Both the position numbers and the translations under genes were made by a program. A stretch of DNA of 63,833 bases, filler included, from Octopus bimaculoides (lineage: Eukaryota): NCBI RefSeq assembly GCF_001194135.2. It is 6 parts of 6 records of this genome, joined end to end, with 100 filler letters (N's around TTAATTAATTAA, not from the genome) between each part and the next. Parts side by side here need not be neighbours in the genome. Positions count along the whole stretch, not along the records: positions 42,309 to 59,091 come from NC_068983.1; positions 59,192 to 60,884 come from NW_026431630.1; positions 60,985 to 62,618 come from NW_026387632.1; 3 more parts are not named here. One strand, given 5' to 3'. This document shows, piece after piece, positions 50,221 through 62,611 of this stretch; within the stretch, counting starts at the first letter, position 1; every line of letters starts with the position of its first letter. A model generated the notes under the pieces. That model was given only the letters and a program-made list of their open reading frames with translations. It did not search any database and had not been told where the DNA came from.

Positions 50221-50424
50221 TGATATCTATTTCATAGTCTTTCCATCCATCATCTTGTGATACACCTGGACACATCATCAGTGACATTTCCTGTCGACAT
50301 TAGATATTTTGGTTTTACATGATACACTCTCTCCCAGGTGACCCATCTGGGGTTGTTCAAGCTTCAGCTTTTGTTCAGTCAGCACTATTCCTTGTAGCAC
50401 TATCCCTTCCAGGCCACACACATC

Positions 50425-50760
50425 CTGATTCACAGCCACCTTGAGGCAGCCTCTTCTGTCTCCACAGCCATTTGCCGTACTTCGTGTTGTATAGTGAAAC
50501 TGTACACCCCTCCCAGTAAAAAGTGGTAGTAGAGGCCATTACAAATAGACCAGTAGCCAGTCGACAGGAGAAGGTTGAGAGTACGTGTAGACTGTGTTGA
50601 TAGTAGTGTCTGTTCTGATATAGTAATTATACTGATACTGAGTGGACGATATAACAACCCAACCTTTTGAGGATAATAACTCTGTATGACTGGAGGTTGT
50701 ACATTGCCAGATAGAACCATTCTATCGACAACTTCATAATATAACAATATCTGTCAGAGC
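50425..50760 (-). mobile_element. HERO-like RLE non-LTR 3' remnant
   Basis: TDIVIL*S (cf. PDIVLWS) and RQMAVETEEAASRWL*IR (cf. EAAERASRWLWIKR). Confidence 0.55.
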
Positions 50761-50861
50761 TACAACCATCCTCAAAAGACAGATACAACAGTGGCAAAAG
50801 ACTGCTTTACAGCACATCACATGAAATGGTTATTTACCAGTTATATAATAGAGTTGATTAA

Positions 50862-51080
50862 CCCTTTAGCATTCAGCTTACTCTGTCAAATGTAATGCTT
50901 ATTTATACTCACTATTTCAAATTAATCATGCATTACTTGTAACTCTGTAATTTCAATGGTGTGATTGTATATTATTAGAATGACATTGTAAGATAGCTGT
51001 GAGAAGTGGAATCTGCTCAGTCTGAACATAGAACAGGTTGAATATTTGAGCTGGATATGACTGGTTTAAAAGCTAAAGGG
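50862..51080. mobile_element. piggyBac-type MITE
   Basis: TTAA|CCCTTTAGC ... GCTAAAGGG|TTAA: TTAA TSDs at 50858 and 51081 with inverted termini. Confidence 0.85.
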
Positions 51081-51844
51081 TTAAACTAGGTCCCTCACAA
51101 CAAATATGTCATCATTACAATGTTCAAAATTGTTCAAATCATTCTTTTATTTACCATTACTTATAAATTATCTTGTTTCTGAGGAGAATCATTATGATTC
51201 TGTTTCACTTCTTTTATTATTATTACCTAATTCGTTAACATTTTTACCAATTAACTATGCAATAAATTATCTCTATGGCAGAAATATAATTTTATTTCTT
51301 TTTATCTTGCTTGTCTTTAGATTAATTTCTCTCCCGTAAATAAGTAACACGATGAAATTCAAATATTTGCATCAGTAATTTAATTAAAACCATTTACTAA
51401 ATGGCTCGCAGAAATAAGCAATAAGATTTTTATGTTTCTTTCCTAACTGTTTAAAATGATGTGGCTGAATGTTGCACCATTTTGAAGAACAAGGACTAAA
51501 TATATTGGGTCTGGCAACATTAAAAATCTCTCATTTGTTATTCAAAGATTCAAATTTCCATAATACTATCATCTTAAATATTTAACCAATCAGTTTTCTC
51601 TTAATCATCATTGATTTGTTTCTCCCAATATGTTTTGCTTTGTCAACTAAACTGTTGCCAAAATTTAAATTAACATTAACTGCACCAACCCCAATTAGTA
51701 CTTTTATAAACCTCTTGTCAAGGTGTAAAGTTGGAAGAATCAATGAACAGTTCCACTGATTGGTCAGTATTTTTTTTTTTTGTAATAACTTGCTTTATTA
51801 AGAATCACAAAACAAATTTTCCCGTGCTAGCATGATTGCAGCAT

Positions 51845-52060
51845 ACTTTCTACTCTAGGCACAAGGTCCGAAATTTTGAGGGCGGGGGGCAGTCAATTAG
51901 ATTGACCCCAGTGTGCAGCCAGTACTTAATTTATCGACCCCTTAAAGGATGAAAGGCAAAGTCGACCTCAGCGGAATTTGAACTTAGAGCGTAACGGCAG
52001 ACGAAATACTGCTAAGCATTTCATCTGGAATGCTTAACGATTCTGCCAGCTCACTGCCTT
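51845..52060 (-). mobile_element. SINE family A with 13-bp TSD
   Basis: ATGATTGCAGCAT at 51832-51844 and 52061-52073. Confidence 0.92.
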
Positions 52061-52065
52061 ATGAT

Positions 52066-52270
52066 TGCAGCATGCTGGTAGAATTTTTAACATGCCGGGC
52101 AAAATGTTTAGTGATATTTTGTCTCTTTTTTTGTTCTGAGTTCAAATTCTGCAGAAGTTGACTTTGCCTTTCATCCTTTCAGAGTTGCTAAAATAAGTAC
52201 CAGTTGAAAACTGCGGTCAGTGTAATCAATTTACCCCCTCCCCGAACTTGTTGGCCTTGTGCCAAAGTTT
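52066..52270 (+). mobile_element. Older SINE family A, head-to-head with the previous copy
   Basis: ttctgagttcaaattctgcagaagttgactttgcctttcatcctttc. Confidence 0.85.
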
Positions 52271-52349
52271 GAAACCATCATTATTCATCATCATCATTTG
52301 ACGTTCATTGTCCATGCTGACAGGGGTTGGACAGATATTATTATTATTA

Positions 52350-52830
52350 TTATCATCATCATCATCATCATCGTTTAACATACGCTTTCCATGCTAGCAT
52401 GGGTTGGACGATTTGACTGAGGACTGGTGAACCAGATGGCTACACCAGGCTCCAATCTGATTTCGCAGAGTTTCTACTGCTGGATACCCTTCCTAACGCC
52501 AACCACTCTGAGAGTGTAGTGGGTGCTTTTACGTGCCACCGGCATGAAGGCCAGTCTGGCGGTACTGGCAATTGCCACGCTCAAAATGGTGTTTTTTTAC
52601 ATGCAACCTGCACAGGAGCCAGTCTAGTGGCATTGGCAACGACCTCACTTGAATGATTTTCTAACGTGCCAGTAAGGTGACGCTGGTAACAATCACACTC
52701 AAATGGTACTATTTATGTGCCACTAGCATGGAAGCCAGACAGCTGCACTGGCAATGATCACACTCGGACAGTGCTGTTAGTGCTTTACTGGCACAGGTGC
52801 CAGTCATCGAATATGGTTCATCAAATATGG
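52350..52830 (-). mobile_element. SINE family B, long form
   Basis: Colinear with the 30213-30680 copy. Confidence 0.9.
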
Positions 52831-53252
52831 TTTAATTACGATTTTAATATCACTTGCCCCAACAGGTCTTCGCAAGCTGAGTTTAGTGTCCAATGAAGGA
52901 GAGGTTAGCATGGGTGTCAGTTGTCGAATTTGGTTCAATTTCGATTTCACTTCAATAGATGAAGCAAGGTTAGAACTCTTAGCCGGGTAGAATGAAGTCA
53001 AGCATCCTATTCTCTCATAGATTTTGTGCTTCTTTATTAAGAAATAAACCATCCACATTTGAAATTAGAGCAATTGTATACAACAGGCATGTGCACGAGT
53101 TAACCAATAAATTTGATGACTTGTACGCAAGTTAACATACAGAAGTTAACTCTAAAGAAGAGAATATTGAACATTCAGCAGTATTTAAATGTTAATTTAG
53201 ATAAGGAAATAGGCTACCAATTACGTGCAGCAAGTAAAATTTATGAACGTAC

Positions 53253-53295
53253 CTAGGGAATCAATCTCTTTCTTATTAAAATGATAAATATTCTT
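53253..53295 (-). CDS. Candidate exon (43 nt, phase 0 to 1) KNIYHFNKKEIDSL
   Basis: gagtctacag| acceptor, CTAG|gtacgt donor; only one open frame; phase-compatible with 60721-60783. Confidence 0.3.
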
Positions 53296-54180
53296 CTGTA
53301 GACTCAATGGTTTACATATTAGTCAATAATATTCTGTTTTTGTTTTTGAGCCCTCAAGTCAGATTACTAATTTACCAAAGTGAGAATATTCTTAATTTGA
53401 CTCTGGAACTCATTTTACTACTTTTACTTTCAGGAATTTACTTCCTTGCTTTTGATTACAAATAATTGATTTAAATTCTTATGTTCTGCGTACAAATTCT
53501 GCCGGGGTCAACGTCGCCTTTCATCTTTCTAAGAGTTTATAAAATAAATAAAGAACCACTCAAAGACTGCAGTCATTACAATCAACTGTCCCCTCTCATA
53601 AAATTTCTGGTCTTGTGCCAATCTTTATCTCTTACTTGTTTCACTCATTGGACTGCAGCCATGCTGGAGCACTGCCTTGGAGGGTCTTAGTCAAACAAAT
53701 TATCACCAGTACTTGTTTTGTTTTTTTAATCTGTTATTTATTTTATCAATCTCTTTTGCTGAAGTGCTAAGTTATGGAAACATAAACAAAACAACACTAG
53801 TTGTCCACAAACACTGACACACTTTGTAAGAAAATGTTGTTGTTCTTGTTGACTGAGTCGATATTTTGTCAAACTGCTTCAAGATGACTTTTTGCAGAGT
53901 TCACAGAATTCAAAGTTTACTTTGCTGAAGCCTTCCAAATGCATGGCCATTTCAATATCTCAAGACCAGGATGATCTATCATTAGACATTTTCGTTTTGT
54001 AAGTTTATGTGTTTTTCAATATGGCTTCTTGATTTCAAAGAGATGGAATAGTCAACAAGAACATTAACAATAAATATCACCATACAAGACATGCAAGAAA
54101 TATAGAACAGAATTAGGCATCAGATGAAAAATAATTAATAACATTTTAACAACTAAAGACATAAATTTATATGACACAAA

Positions 54181-54402
54181 CCTCCACCCTTCACTACATC
54201 CACCCTTCTCTACATCCACTCTTCTCTACATCCACCCTTTGCTACATCCACCCTTAGCTATATCCACCCTTCACTACATCCACCCTTCTCTACATCCACC
54301 CTTTGCTACATCCACCCATCAATCCTTCTCTACATCCATCCTTCAGTACATCCACCCTTTGCTACATCCATCTTTCTCTACATCCACCCTTCACTACATC
54401 CG
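54181..54402. repeat. 16-bp minisatellite CTACATCCACCCTTNN, about 13 copies
   Basis: Direct sequence. Confidence 0.92.
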
Positions 54403-54409
54403 TTTATTT

Positions 54410-54750
54410 TATCGATCTTGAAATCATGAAAGACAAAAACGACTTTGGCACAGTTTGAACTCAGAACGCAAAGACCTATGAACGGCCACTAAGGATTTTG
54501 TCTGGTAATCTAAGGATTCTGCCAGTTTGCCACCTTAGGCCTTATTCTTGTATTGGTTTCAAATTTTGGCACAAGGCAGCAGTTTCAGGGGAGAGGAGTA
54601 AATCGATTACATTGACCCCAGTGTCCAGCTGGTACGTATTTTATTGACTCCAGAAAGGATGAAAGGCAAATTCAACCTTGGAGTTTGAACTCAGAATGTC
54701 AAGACAAACAAAATGCCACTAAGCAATTTGACTAACAATTCTGCAAGCTC
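54410..54750 (-). mobile_element. Two decayed SINE family A copies
   Basis: gaactcagaac and gaaaggatgaaaggcaaa motifs. Confidence 0.7.
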
Positions 54751-56902
54751 TCTGTCTTTGTCCTTGTTCTTATATTAGAAACAATTATTATTGTATTTCC
54801 ATCAGTGAGACACAAATTATGAACTAAATTTGGAAATTAACCGAGTGAAATTAAGTAAAAAAATTGAACTGTTTAAAGCAGTATTTTTGGTATATGAAGG
54901 TAATTAAGTGTTTGCATCATCTTTTCTTGTTTTATAAAACAAAGCAAAAAAATTTTTATTAGTGAAGGAAATATTTTCTTCTTATATTAACAAAAATTAT
55001 TTCTTTACTTAGTTCCCTCCAAGATTTCAAACTAGAAAATGCACATTAAAAAAAAAGAATATAGACAAAAATGTACATATTCTAAAAAAAAAAAAGACAA
55101 AAATAGCTAAAGGTTATTAACAGTTATTAACAATCAGCTCATGCACATTGTCATATGCATTTTGGGCTAGTGATAATGCTAGAGGCAATCAGAGCAGTTT
55201 CACTGGCAATGCTGATCATAAGCAATTTCATCATTCATCACCATCACCAGCGGCAGCAACAACAACAGCAGCATCGTTTTACCATCCACTTTTCCTCTGT
55301 TTTTAGTCTATTTTTCCATGCCTCTACTCAAACATATTTGATTATATTTATTAAACTTTTACAAGGAAAAGTTGGCAGAGCATGTGAAGATTCAGCTTGG
55401 AGTTTAAAGGGGCAGAATGTTTACAGTTGGATGGATACTCTTCCTGTCACCAACTTTAACCTGTTTCCAAGAGGGAAGATATTTTCCCATGACCAGACAT
55501 GCTTCTACAGAATATTGGAAATGAAGAAGACTGCTCAATAATCCACACTGTGAGAGAAATAATGACCATATCTCTAAATGTCTGATTTCAACATTTTAAG
55601 TTGCTTCTTGATGAAGCATATATCATCATCATCATCATCATCATCATCTAGTGTTTTAAATCCAGGTGTTGTCCCCATTAACAAGGGTGACCAGATTTAT
55701 CTCAGTGCCATAGCAACTGAGGCAGGCAGGTGCAGTCCACCCCAACCTTTGGGCTGGCTGGCTGACTGGTGCCCAATTCTCCTTTGCTATCATTAGGCTT
55801 TTTTGGAGTTGGATTTTCTACGGGTAGCATGCCCTTGCTTATCCCCAACCTCAGTTTCTAGACATGAGTGGTCCCGAGACCAAGGCATCTACCATGAAAT
55901 TTGGTTGAAAACTAGCTCAGCAAGGCAGGGACACTACTCCCTGAGACTCCTTTGAAGCCCCCCTACTTACTGGTAACATCAAATAACAATTTTTCTTCAA
56001 CCACAAAAATACCTCATAGCTTTCCATTCATATTTTTATTCTTACTTTTGTAGAAATAAATATTCTTGTATTTTTCTATTATTCAATTGATTTTTAATGA
56101 TAATTAAATAAACGTTTTTAGCTTTAAATAGTATAGCTTTAACTATTACACCGGTTAAATATGTACTAATTTTATCTTCATTATTATTTTAAACTTAAAC
56201 TTCGTTCAAATTGTATTTAAAACAAAGATAATTTAAAACAATGATAATTTATGTAAGCTGTTTTTTGTATATAATATACATGTTATTATAATGGAGGAAG
56301 GGAGGATTATTGAATGGTTATTATTTTGATATTTTTAATAATNNNNNNNNNNNNNNNNNNNNNNNNNNNNNNNNNNNNNNNNNNNNNNNNNNNNNNNNNN
56401 NNNNNNNNNNNNNNNNNNNNNNNNNNNNNNNNNNNNNNNNNNNNNNNNNNNNNNNNNNNNNNNNNNNNNNNNNNNNNNNNNNNNNNNNNNNNNNNNNNNN
56501 NNNNNNNNNNNNNNNNNNNNNNNNNNNNNNNNNNNNNNNNNNNNNNNNNNNNNNNNNNNNNNNNNNNNNNNNNNNNNNNNNNNNNNNNNNNNNNNNNNNN
56601 NNNNNNNNNNNNNNNNNNNNNNNNNNNNNNNNNNNNNNNNNNNNNNNNNNNNNNNNNNNNNNNNNNNNNNNNNNNNNNNNNNNNNNNNNNNNNNNNNNNN
56701 NNNNNNNNNNNNNNNNNNNNNNNNNNNNNNNATATATAAGATTAGTAGAGTTAGAGGCTGGAGTAACTGTCTAAGGGATAAAAGTATCCATTATATTACT
56801 GGTATAATTACCTATGTTAACCCTGGGCACACATATGCAAGCCTGTTATGCTTATAGAATACAGGTGATGACAGAGATAAACATGAGTTTATCAGGAATT
56901 AA

Positions 56903-57082
56903 ATTTAAAGTAAACAGAAAATGGAGAAATATTGATCAGCAATAATTGATTAACATCAATTATTACTTATTAATTCCATACAAATAGGGATGCAGTCTAT
57001 TTGTACTGAATTAAAAAATAATAATTGATGTAAGTCAATTGTTGTTGACTTACATCAATATTTCTCCATTTTCTGTTTACTT

Positions 57083-57087
<5 letters not shown>
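56903..57087. repeat. 185-bp imperfect fold-back palindrome (MITE-like)
   Basis: ATTTAAAGTAAACAGAAAATGGAGAAATATTGAT outer arms are perfect; inner arms diverged; centre near gatgcagtc. Confidence 0.8.
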
Positions 57088-57139
<52 letters not shown>

Positions 57140-57177
<38 letters not shown>

Positions 57178-57365
57178 TCCCTCACCATCGCTTGACAACT
57201 GATGTCAGTGTGTTTACGTCCCCAAAACATAGCAGTTTGGCAAAAGAGACTGATAGCATAAGTACTAGGCTTACAAAGAATAAGTCCTGGGGTTGATTTG
57301 CTTGACTAAAGACAGTGCTCCAGCATGGCCGCAGTCACATGACTGAAACAAATAAGAGAATAAAA
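57140..57365 (+). mobile_element. 3' portion of SINE family C
   Basis: cgcttgacaactgatg..gtgctccagcatggccgcagtc..tgactgaaacaa. Confidence 0.8.
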
Positions 57366-57740
57366 GGAAAAAAATAAATAGCTGCTCAGCACAAGAATCA
57401 AACCCATAATCAGTCAATCATGAGAGCAGTACCCTAACCACTAGGCATGGCATAGTGGTTAGGGTGTTGCATTCATGATCACAAAATTGTGGTTTCAATT
57501 CCCAGACTGGGCGAGGCATTGTTTTTATCTCACGTCGCTCTGTGAACACTTCAGTACTTGATGTATGGTGCACCATGCACCTGTTCAGGCAAGAGAGAAT
57601 GAGCTGATGGGCAGCATATGCATTTGATCACTATAAACAAATCATGTGTGTAGCTCGTTTGGCAAAAGCTGAACATACACATGTCGTCTTTAATGTGAGA
57701 GTTCATTCTTCTTCTTATCATTATTATTATTATTATTATT

Positions 57741-59002
57741 ATTACCTCCGCCTTAGCAAAGGCAGAGGTATCGTTTTCAGTCATGTTTATTTGTTTCTCC
57801 GTGGACAAGATATCTCAAGAACCACTGGATGGATTTGGATGAAACTTTCAAGGATGTTTGGTCTCATGACTGGCACAAACTGATTAGATTTTGGGATTAA
57901 TCCGGTGCTAGACAAGGATTCTGGATTATTTGTTTCATTTACCTCACTTTACATGATTACAATCTTTTGTTGATTTTCAAGTCTTTCACAATTATCTCCC
58001 TTTAGTCTGTTTCCAAAGTTTTATTTTCATTTCTCTATTATTAATTTTACTCGTGCTTCTATCTTAAGAGAAACTGATGGATAAAGAAATCAAACAACAT
58101 AAACAAACGGCAGCAAAACCATTCAGAAATTAAAGGACACNNNNNNNNNNNNNNNNNNNNNNNNNNNNNNNNNNNNNNNNNNNNNNNNNNNNNNNNNNNN
58201 NNNNNNNNNNNNNNNNNNNNNNNNNNNNNNNNNNNNNNNNNNNNNNNNNNNNNNNNNNNNNNNNNNNNNNNNNNNNNNNNNNNNNNTATTACATATATGT
58301 ATTATATATTACATATATGTATTATATATTACATATATATGAGTTAGAGGTTAGACAACCAGCTAAGGGATAATAAATATCATATATATACTACTGGAGG
58401 TATACCTATTTATATTCAAATTCTCACTGTTGCAAGGCAATAGTACAATTGAGTAATAGGTACAATTGGAAGTACACAAAAGTTTATCCAGAATTTATAA
58501 GGCCTTATTATATATTATACATACATATTAACACTTTACAGTATACTTACATATATACATACATCTATACATCGATCTAAAACAACAGGAATATTAAAGA
58601 AAGGCTGGAATTTAAGAGAAGAGAAAATCAAAATTCCCGAGTAGAACTTATTATTATTACCTCCGCTTTTGAAACTATTTTGAATGGTGAATTTGTTAAT
58701 TTTGGTTTGTATTAGATAAGGAGAAACTAATCATTACTGTTACGAAATTTTCTACATTCACATTCACATTCCATGACTATCATTGGGATCGATCCGGTAC
58801 CAGACAATGATTCTGGATTATTTTTCCTTTTTTTATATTTAATTTTTGTGAGCGGTCGGTTTCATTTTCAGTATTTTCATTTGTAAGAGCAGTCGAGTTT
58901 TTATTTCAAATATTCTCAATTTTGAAATCATCTCTGGCTAATCTTTGAGAGGACGTTGGTGTTGTCTTGGCGATGGTTTGCGCTCTCTCAGCGCTCTTGC
59001 TA
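57741..59002 (+). mobile_element. Helentron-associated (DINE/HINE-like) element, interrupted
   Basis: 5' ATTACCTCCGCC..GGCAGAGGT hairpin (57744-57769), core ggatttggatgaaacttt, 3' GGCGATGGT plus GCGCT-ctctc-AGCGC hairpin (58980-58994). Confidence 0.6.
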
Positions 59003-59051
59003 TTATTATTATTATTATTATTATCATTATCATCATCATCATCATCATCAG

Positions 59052-59084
<33 letters not shown>

Positions 59085-60720
59085 TATTGAGNNNNNNNNN
59101 NNNNNNNNNNNNNNNNNNNNNNNNNNNNNNNNNNNTTAATTAATTAANNNNNNNNNNNNNNNNNNNNNNNNNNNNNNNNNNNNNNNNNNNNTTTATTTAT
59201 TTATTTATTTATGTGTGTGTATGTGTATGTATATGTGTGTATGTATCGGCTTGTTGAATGTCTAACAGCAATCATATCTGACCTTTATGTTTGAGTTAAG
59301 ATCCCAATAGAATTAACTTTGCATTTCACCTCCTCTATACTACTTAAAAAACAGATTGTACAAAAGCTGATAATAATAGAGATTTCCGGAATGGTCTTCA
59401 AAGATCATTCCAACAATCTGTTTTATTATCTGAAGTTAGGTTAGCATCTTCAAATCCCAAGTTCGATTTCCCTGCTTGGCATCTTGAGAAAATTTCTATA
59501 GTTTCGAGTCCATCATTACTTTACAAGTGAAATATGGTAGACGGAAACTATATGGAAATCTGCCAAGTATATCTACTTGGCAGATTTCCATATAGTAACT
59601 GTAATCCGAAAGGTATAGCNNNNNNNNNNATCTACTTGGCAGATTTCCATATAGTAACTGTAATCCGAAAGGTATAGCTTTATTACACACTGTGTCACAT
59701 TGATTCTGCATGAGAATTATGTTAAGAGTGCCATTATGTCTGTGAAATGCTCAGTCATTTGCACTTTAAACATATTATTGAATAATTTCTCTGAGTCGAC
59801 AGAATAATGACTACAAAGGCAAAATATTGAGGGCTTTCTATCCCACTACTTACACAATACAATGTTTATGCTATAAATGTAAAACCTTCAAGCAATGCAT
59901 ATAGGTGAAGCCTATATATAAAACTAAAGAGCAGATATTGTATAACTTCCGTTATATTTCGAGTAAGATTCCCCTTATCAAATATAAGAAACGAAATAAT
60001 CCAAATGCTCAGAGAAAAAATGATATTGGCTGGCTATTCTGATGAGTTTATATCTTATATCGAGTATTGAATTCTATGCATTAGTAGAACTTTACAAACC
60101 TATATCTGTTGTAGAAGGGACTAAAATATGGTCAACTGAACCATAACATGTCCACTAGATGACGTATCTAGGATGTGAAAGACAAAGTCAACTCCGGTGG
60201 GATTTGAACTCAAGCATAAACAAACCTGTTTACTGTAAGACGTTCGACAAAGCCGTTAAATTTGTGTCGCATANNNNNNNNNNNNNNNNNNNNNNNNNNN
60301 NNNNNNNNNNNNNNNNNNNNNNNNNNNNNNNNNNNNNNNNNNNNNNNNNNNNNNNNNNNNNNNNNNNNNNNNNNNNNNNNNNNNNNNNNNNNNNNNTAAT
60401 AATAATAATAATAATAATAATAAGGCAGTGCAGTAGGATGACATCATATATCAGCTCAATGACTAATATTATTTTAATTCTTTCGGCAAGTACGGGAGGC
60501 AACTCCGGATGTCATCCAGTCTTATCAGATATCCTCAGCGAACGTGGTGCAATAGTGATGGGAGAGTCACTAACTGGCTATATGATAATCGTACAAGAGC
60601 AGGCGTGAATTATTAGCGTATTTGAATAACCANNNNNNNNNNGATAATCGTACAAGAGCAGGCGTGAATTATTAGCGTATTTGAATAACCAAGTGATTGA
60701 AGCTTATGACCATAACTTAC

Positions 60721-60783
60721 CCTTCGCATTCGTATCGATTGAGCGAATTCCTCCCAGCCTTCAAGAGCATCTTCAAAGTTCAT
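60721..60783 (-). CDS. Coding exon (63 nt, phase 0 to 0) MNFEDALEGWEEFAQSIRMRR, unidentified gene
   Basis: tcttcttttcgcctttgaaatcag| acceptor, AGG|gtaagt consensus donor, other two frames blocked, CpGs retained. Confidence 0.7.
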
Positions 60784-60840
60784 CTGATTTCAAAGGCGAA
60801 AAGAAGATATTAGTTAGTTATTAGTCTGGTTACACTATAT

Positions 60841-60884
<44 letters not shown>

Positions 60885-61643
60885 NNNNNNNNNNNNNNNN
60901 NNNNNNNNNNNNNNNNNNNNNNNNNNNNTTAATTAATTAANNNNNNNNNNNNNNNNNNNNNNNNNNNNNNNNNNNNNNNNNNNNCAGTTCAATCATGCTA
61001 CCATTTGTAGTTCATGATATAAGAGTTCTTAGAAAGTGACAGACTTTTAAAACACTCTGTAGATCCAGAAAGTTAGCAAGATAATTCATATTTTAGCAGA
61101 ATAAGGCCTATATAAAGAAGGACCAAAACATTTCATTTCATTCTAAAATGAAATTATCATGCTGCTATTGTGATATACAAAGAATGGAGTCTAAAAGAAG
61201 AGTTTTTCTTTTTAAATGACTACAGTTTATAGAGATGAGATGGTGTCAACCACTTTAGAACATGGACTATCTTAATAAGAAAAGGACACATTAGATAAGG
61301 TTGACCAAGATACAGTATGCCAGAAACAAACAAACAAAAAAAAANNNNNNNNNNAAAAAAAAACAACATAAAAGACAGGAATGTGTTTGAGCATAAGTGT
61401 GTTCAATCTAGGCTGATACAGAGCCAAACAACCTCCACCTCTGTTACAGTCACAACCACCACCACTAACCTGACAATTAAATGGATATATTTCCATTGAA
61501 ATCAATTAGTGGGTCTTCAGCTCATCCTCCTAGGTTGGATTAATGTTTCGTGTTTGAGAATAAGACACCATGAAGGTAAGAAGCTGCTCAATCTCAGCTT
61601 CCCTACTCCACTTGAGAAAATATTGAAACCAGAAGAAACGTAC

Positions 61644-61785
61644 CTATAATGACTTTACTGATGCAGTTATCCTCTGTCAGCCGACTGATGTGATTTCGGT
61701 AGTCTTCTGTGAATAAAATACTGAAGTCATTGGTGTCTGTTCCAAACTTGAAGAGTTTAATCTCACCATTTGACTTTAGATCTGC
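61644..61785 (-). CDS. Coding exon (142 nt, phase 0 to 1) ADLKSNGEIKLFKFGTDTNDFSILFTEDYRNHISRLTEDNCISKVII, unidentified gene
   Basis: ctcattctctctctcattttag| acceptor, ATAG|gtacgt donor, 47 open codons, other frames blocked. Confidence 0.75.
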
Positions 61786-61987
61786 CTAAAATGAGAGAGA
61801 GAATGAGATGTGTGTGAGAATAAGCAAGAAAGAATAATTAAAAGATAAAGAAAGGAGAGAGAGAAAGAGGCAAAAGGTATGAAATAGTAAAAGAATGAGT
61901 TTGGAATTGCCTTTTCTTTGCTGTTATTCTTTCATTCTCTCTTACACTCCCATCACTATATCCTCTCTTCCTTCTAACCCCATCACC

Positions 61988-62033
<46 letters not shown>

Positions 62034-62043
62034 NNNNNNNNNN

Positions 62044-62089
<46 letters not shown>

Positions 62090-62421
62090 GAGACCATTTA
62101 AGCTGGCCCCAGCTTACCTACCCTAATCACTTTACTCATTTCTTTACCAAAAGTATGCATTCCTCCCTCAACCAAAAATATGCCTTCCTCCCTCAACCAT
62201 CACTACTCAGAAGAATTTATACCATTGTTCTTTGAGTGTGAGAAGTCTGGATGAGGCTTCCTCCATCTTACTACAATCTCTCCAGATCTACATTTCATTG
62301 TGCTGCTCTAAAACTGTAGGCATGATAGGAAAAGTGAGTGGGTAGTTGAGAGACAGTTTTCAGTAACTGAAAAGGTTTGTGCAAATGTTTGCTTAAAGGT
62401 AGAGGTCTATATATATATATA

Positions 62422-62569
62422 GGCACAGGTATAGCTGTGTGGTAAGAAGTTTACTTCCCAAACACATGGCTCTGGGTTCAATCCCATTTTGGGTAAGTGT
62501 CTTCTGCTATAGATTTGGGCTGACCAAAGCCTCAAGAGTACACTTAGTAGACAGAAACTGGAAGAAGCC

Positions 62570-62572
<3 letters not shown>
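62422..62572 (+). mobile_element. SINE family C
   Basis: ggcacaggtatagctgtgtggtaagaagtttacttccc..gggtaagtgtcttctgctatag. Confidence 0.85.

Positions 62573-62611
<39 letters not shown>

Noticed and set aside
59571-59678. 49-bp direct duplication around 10 N (also 60584-60691)
   Set aside because: Identical length in both cases and flanking a minimal gap: unmerged contig overlap.
60510-60578. Minus exon PVSDSPITIAPRSLRISDKTG* following 60721
   Set aside because: Weak acceptor beside an overlap artefact; no independent support.
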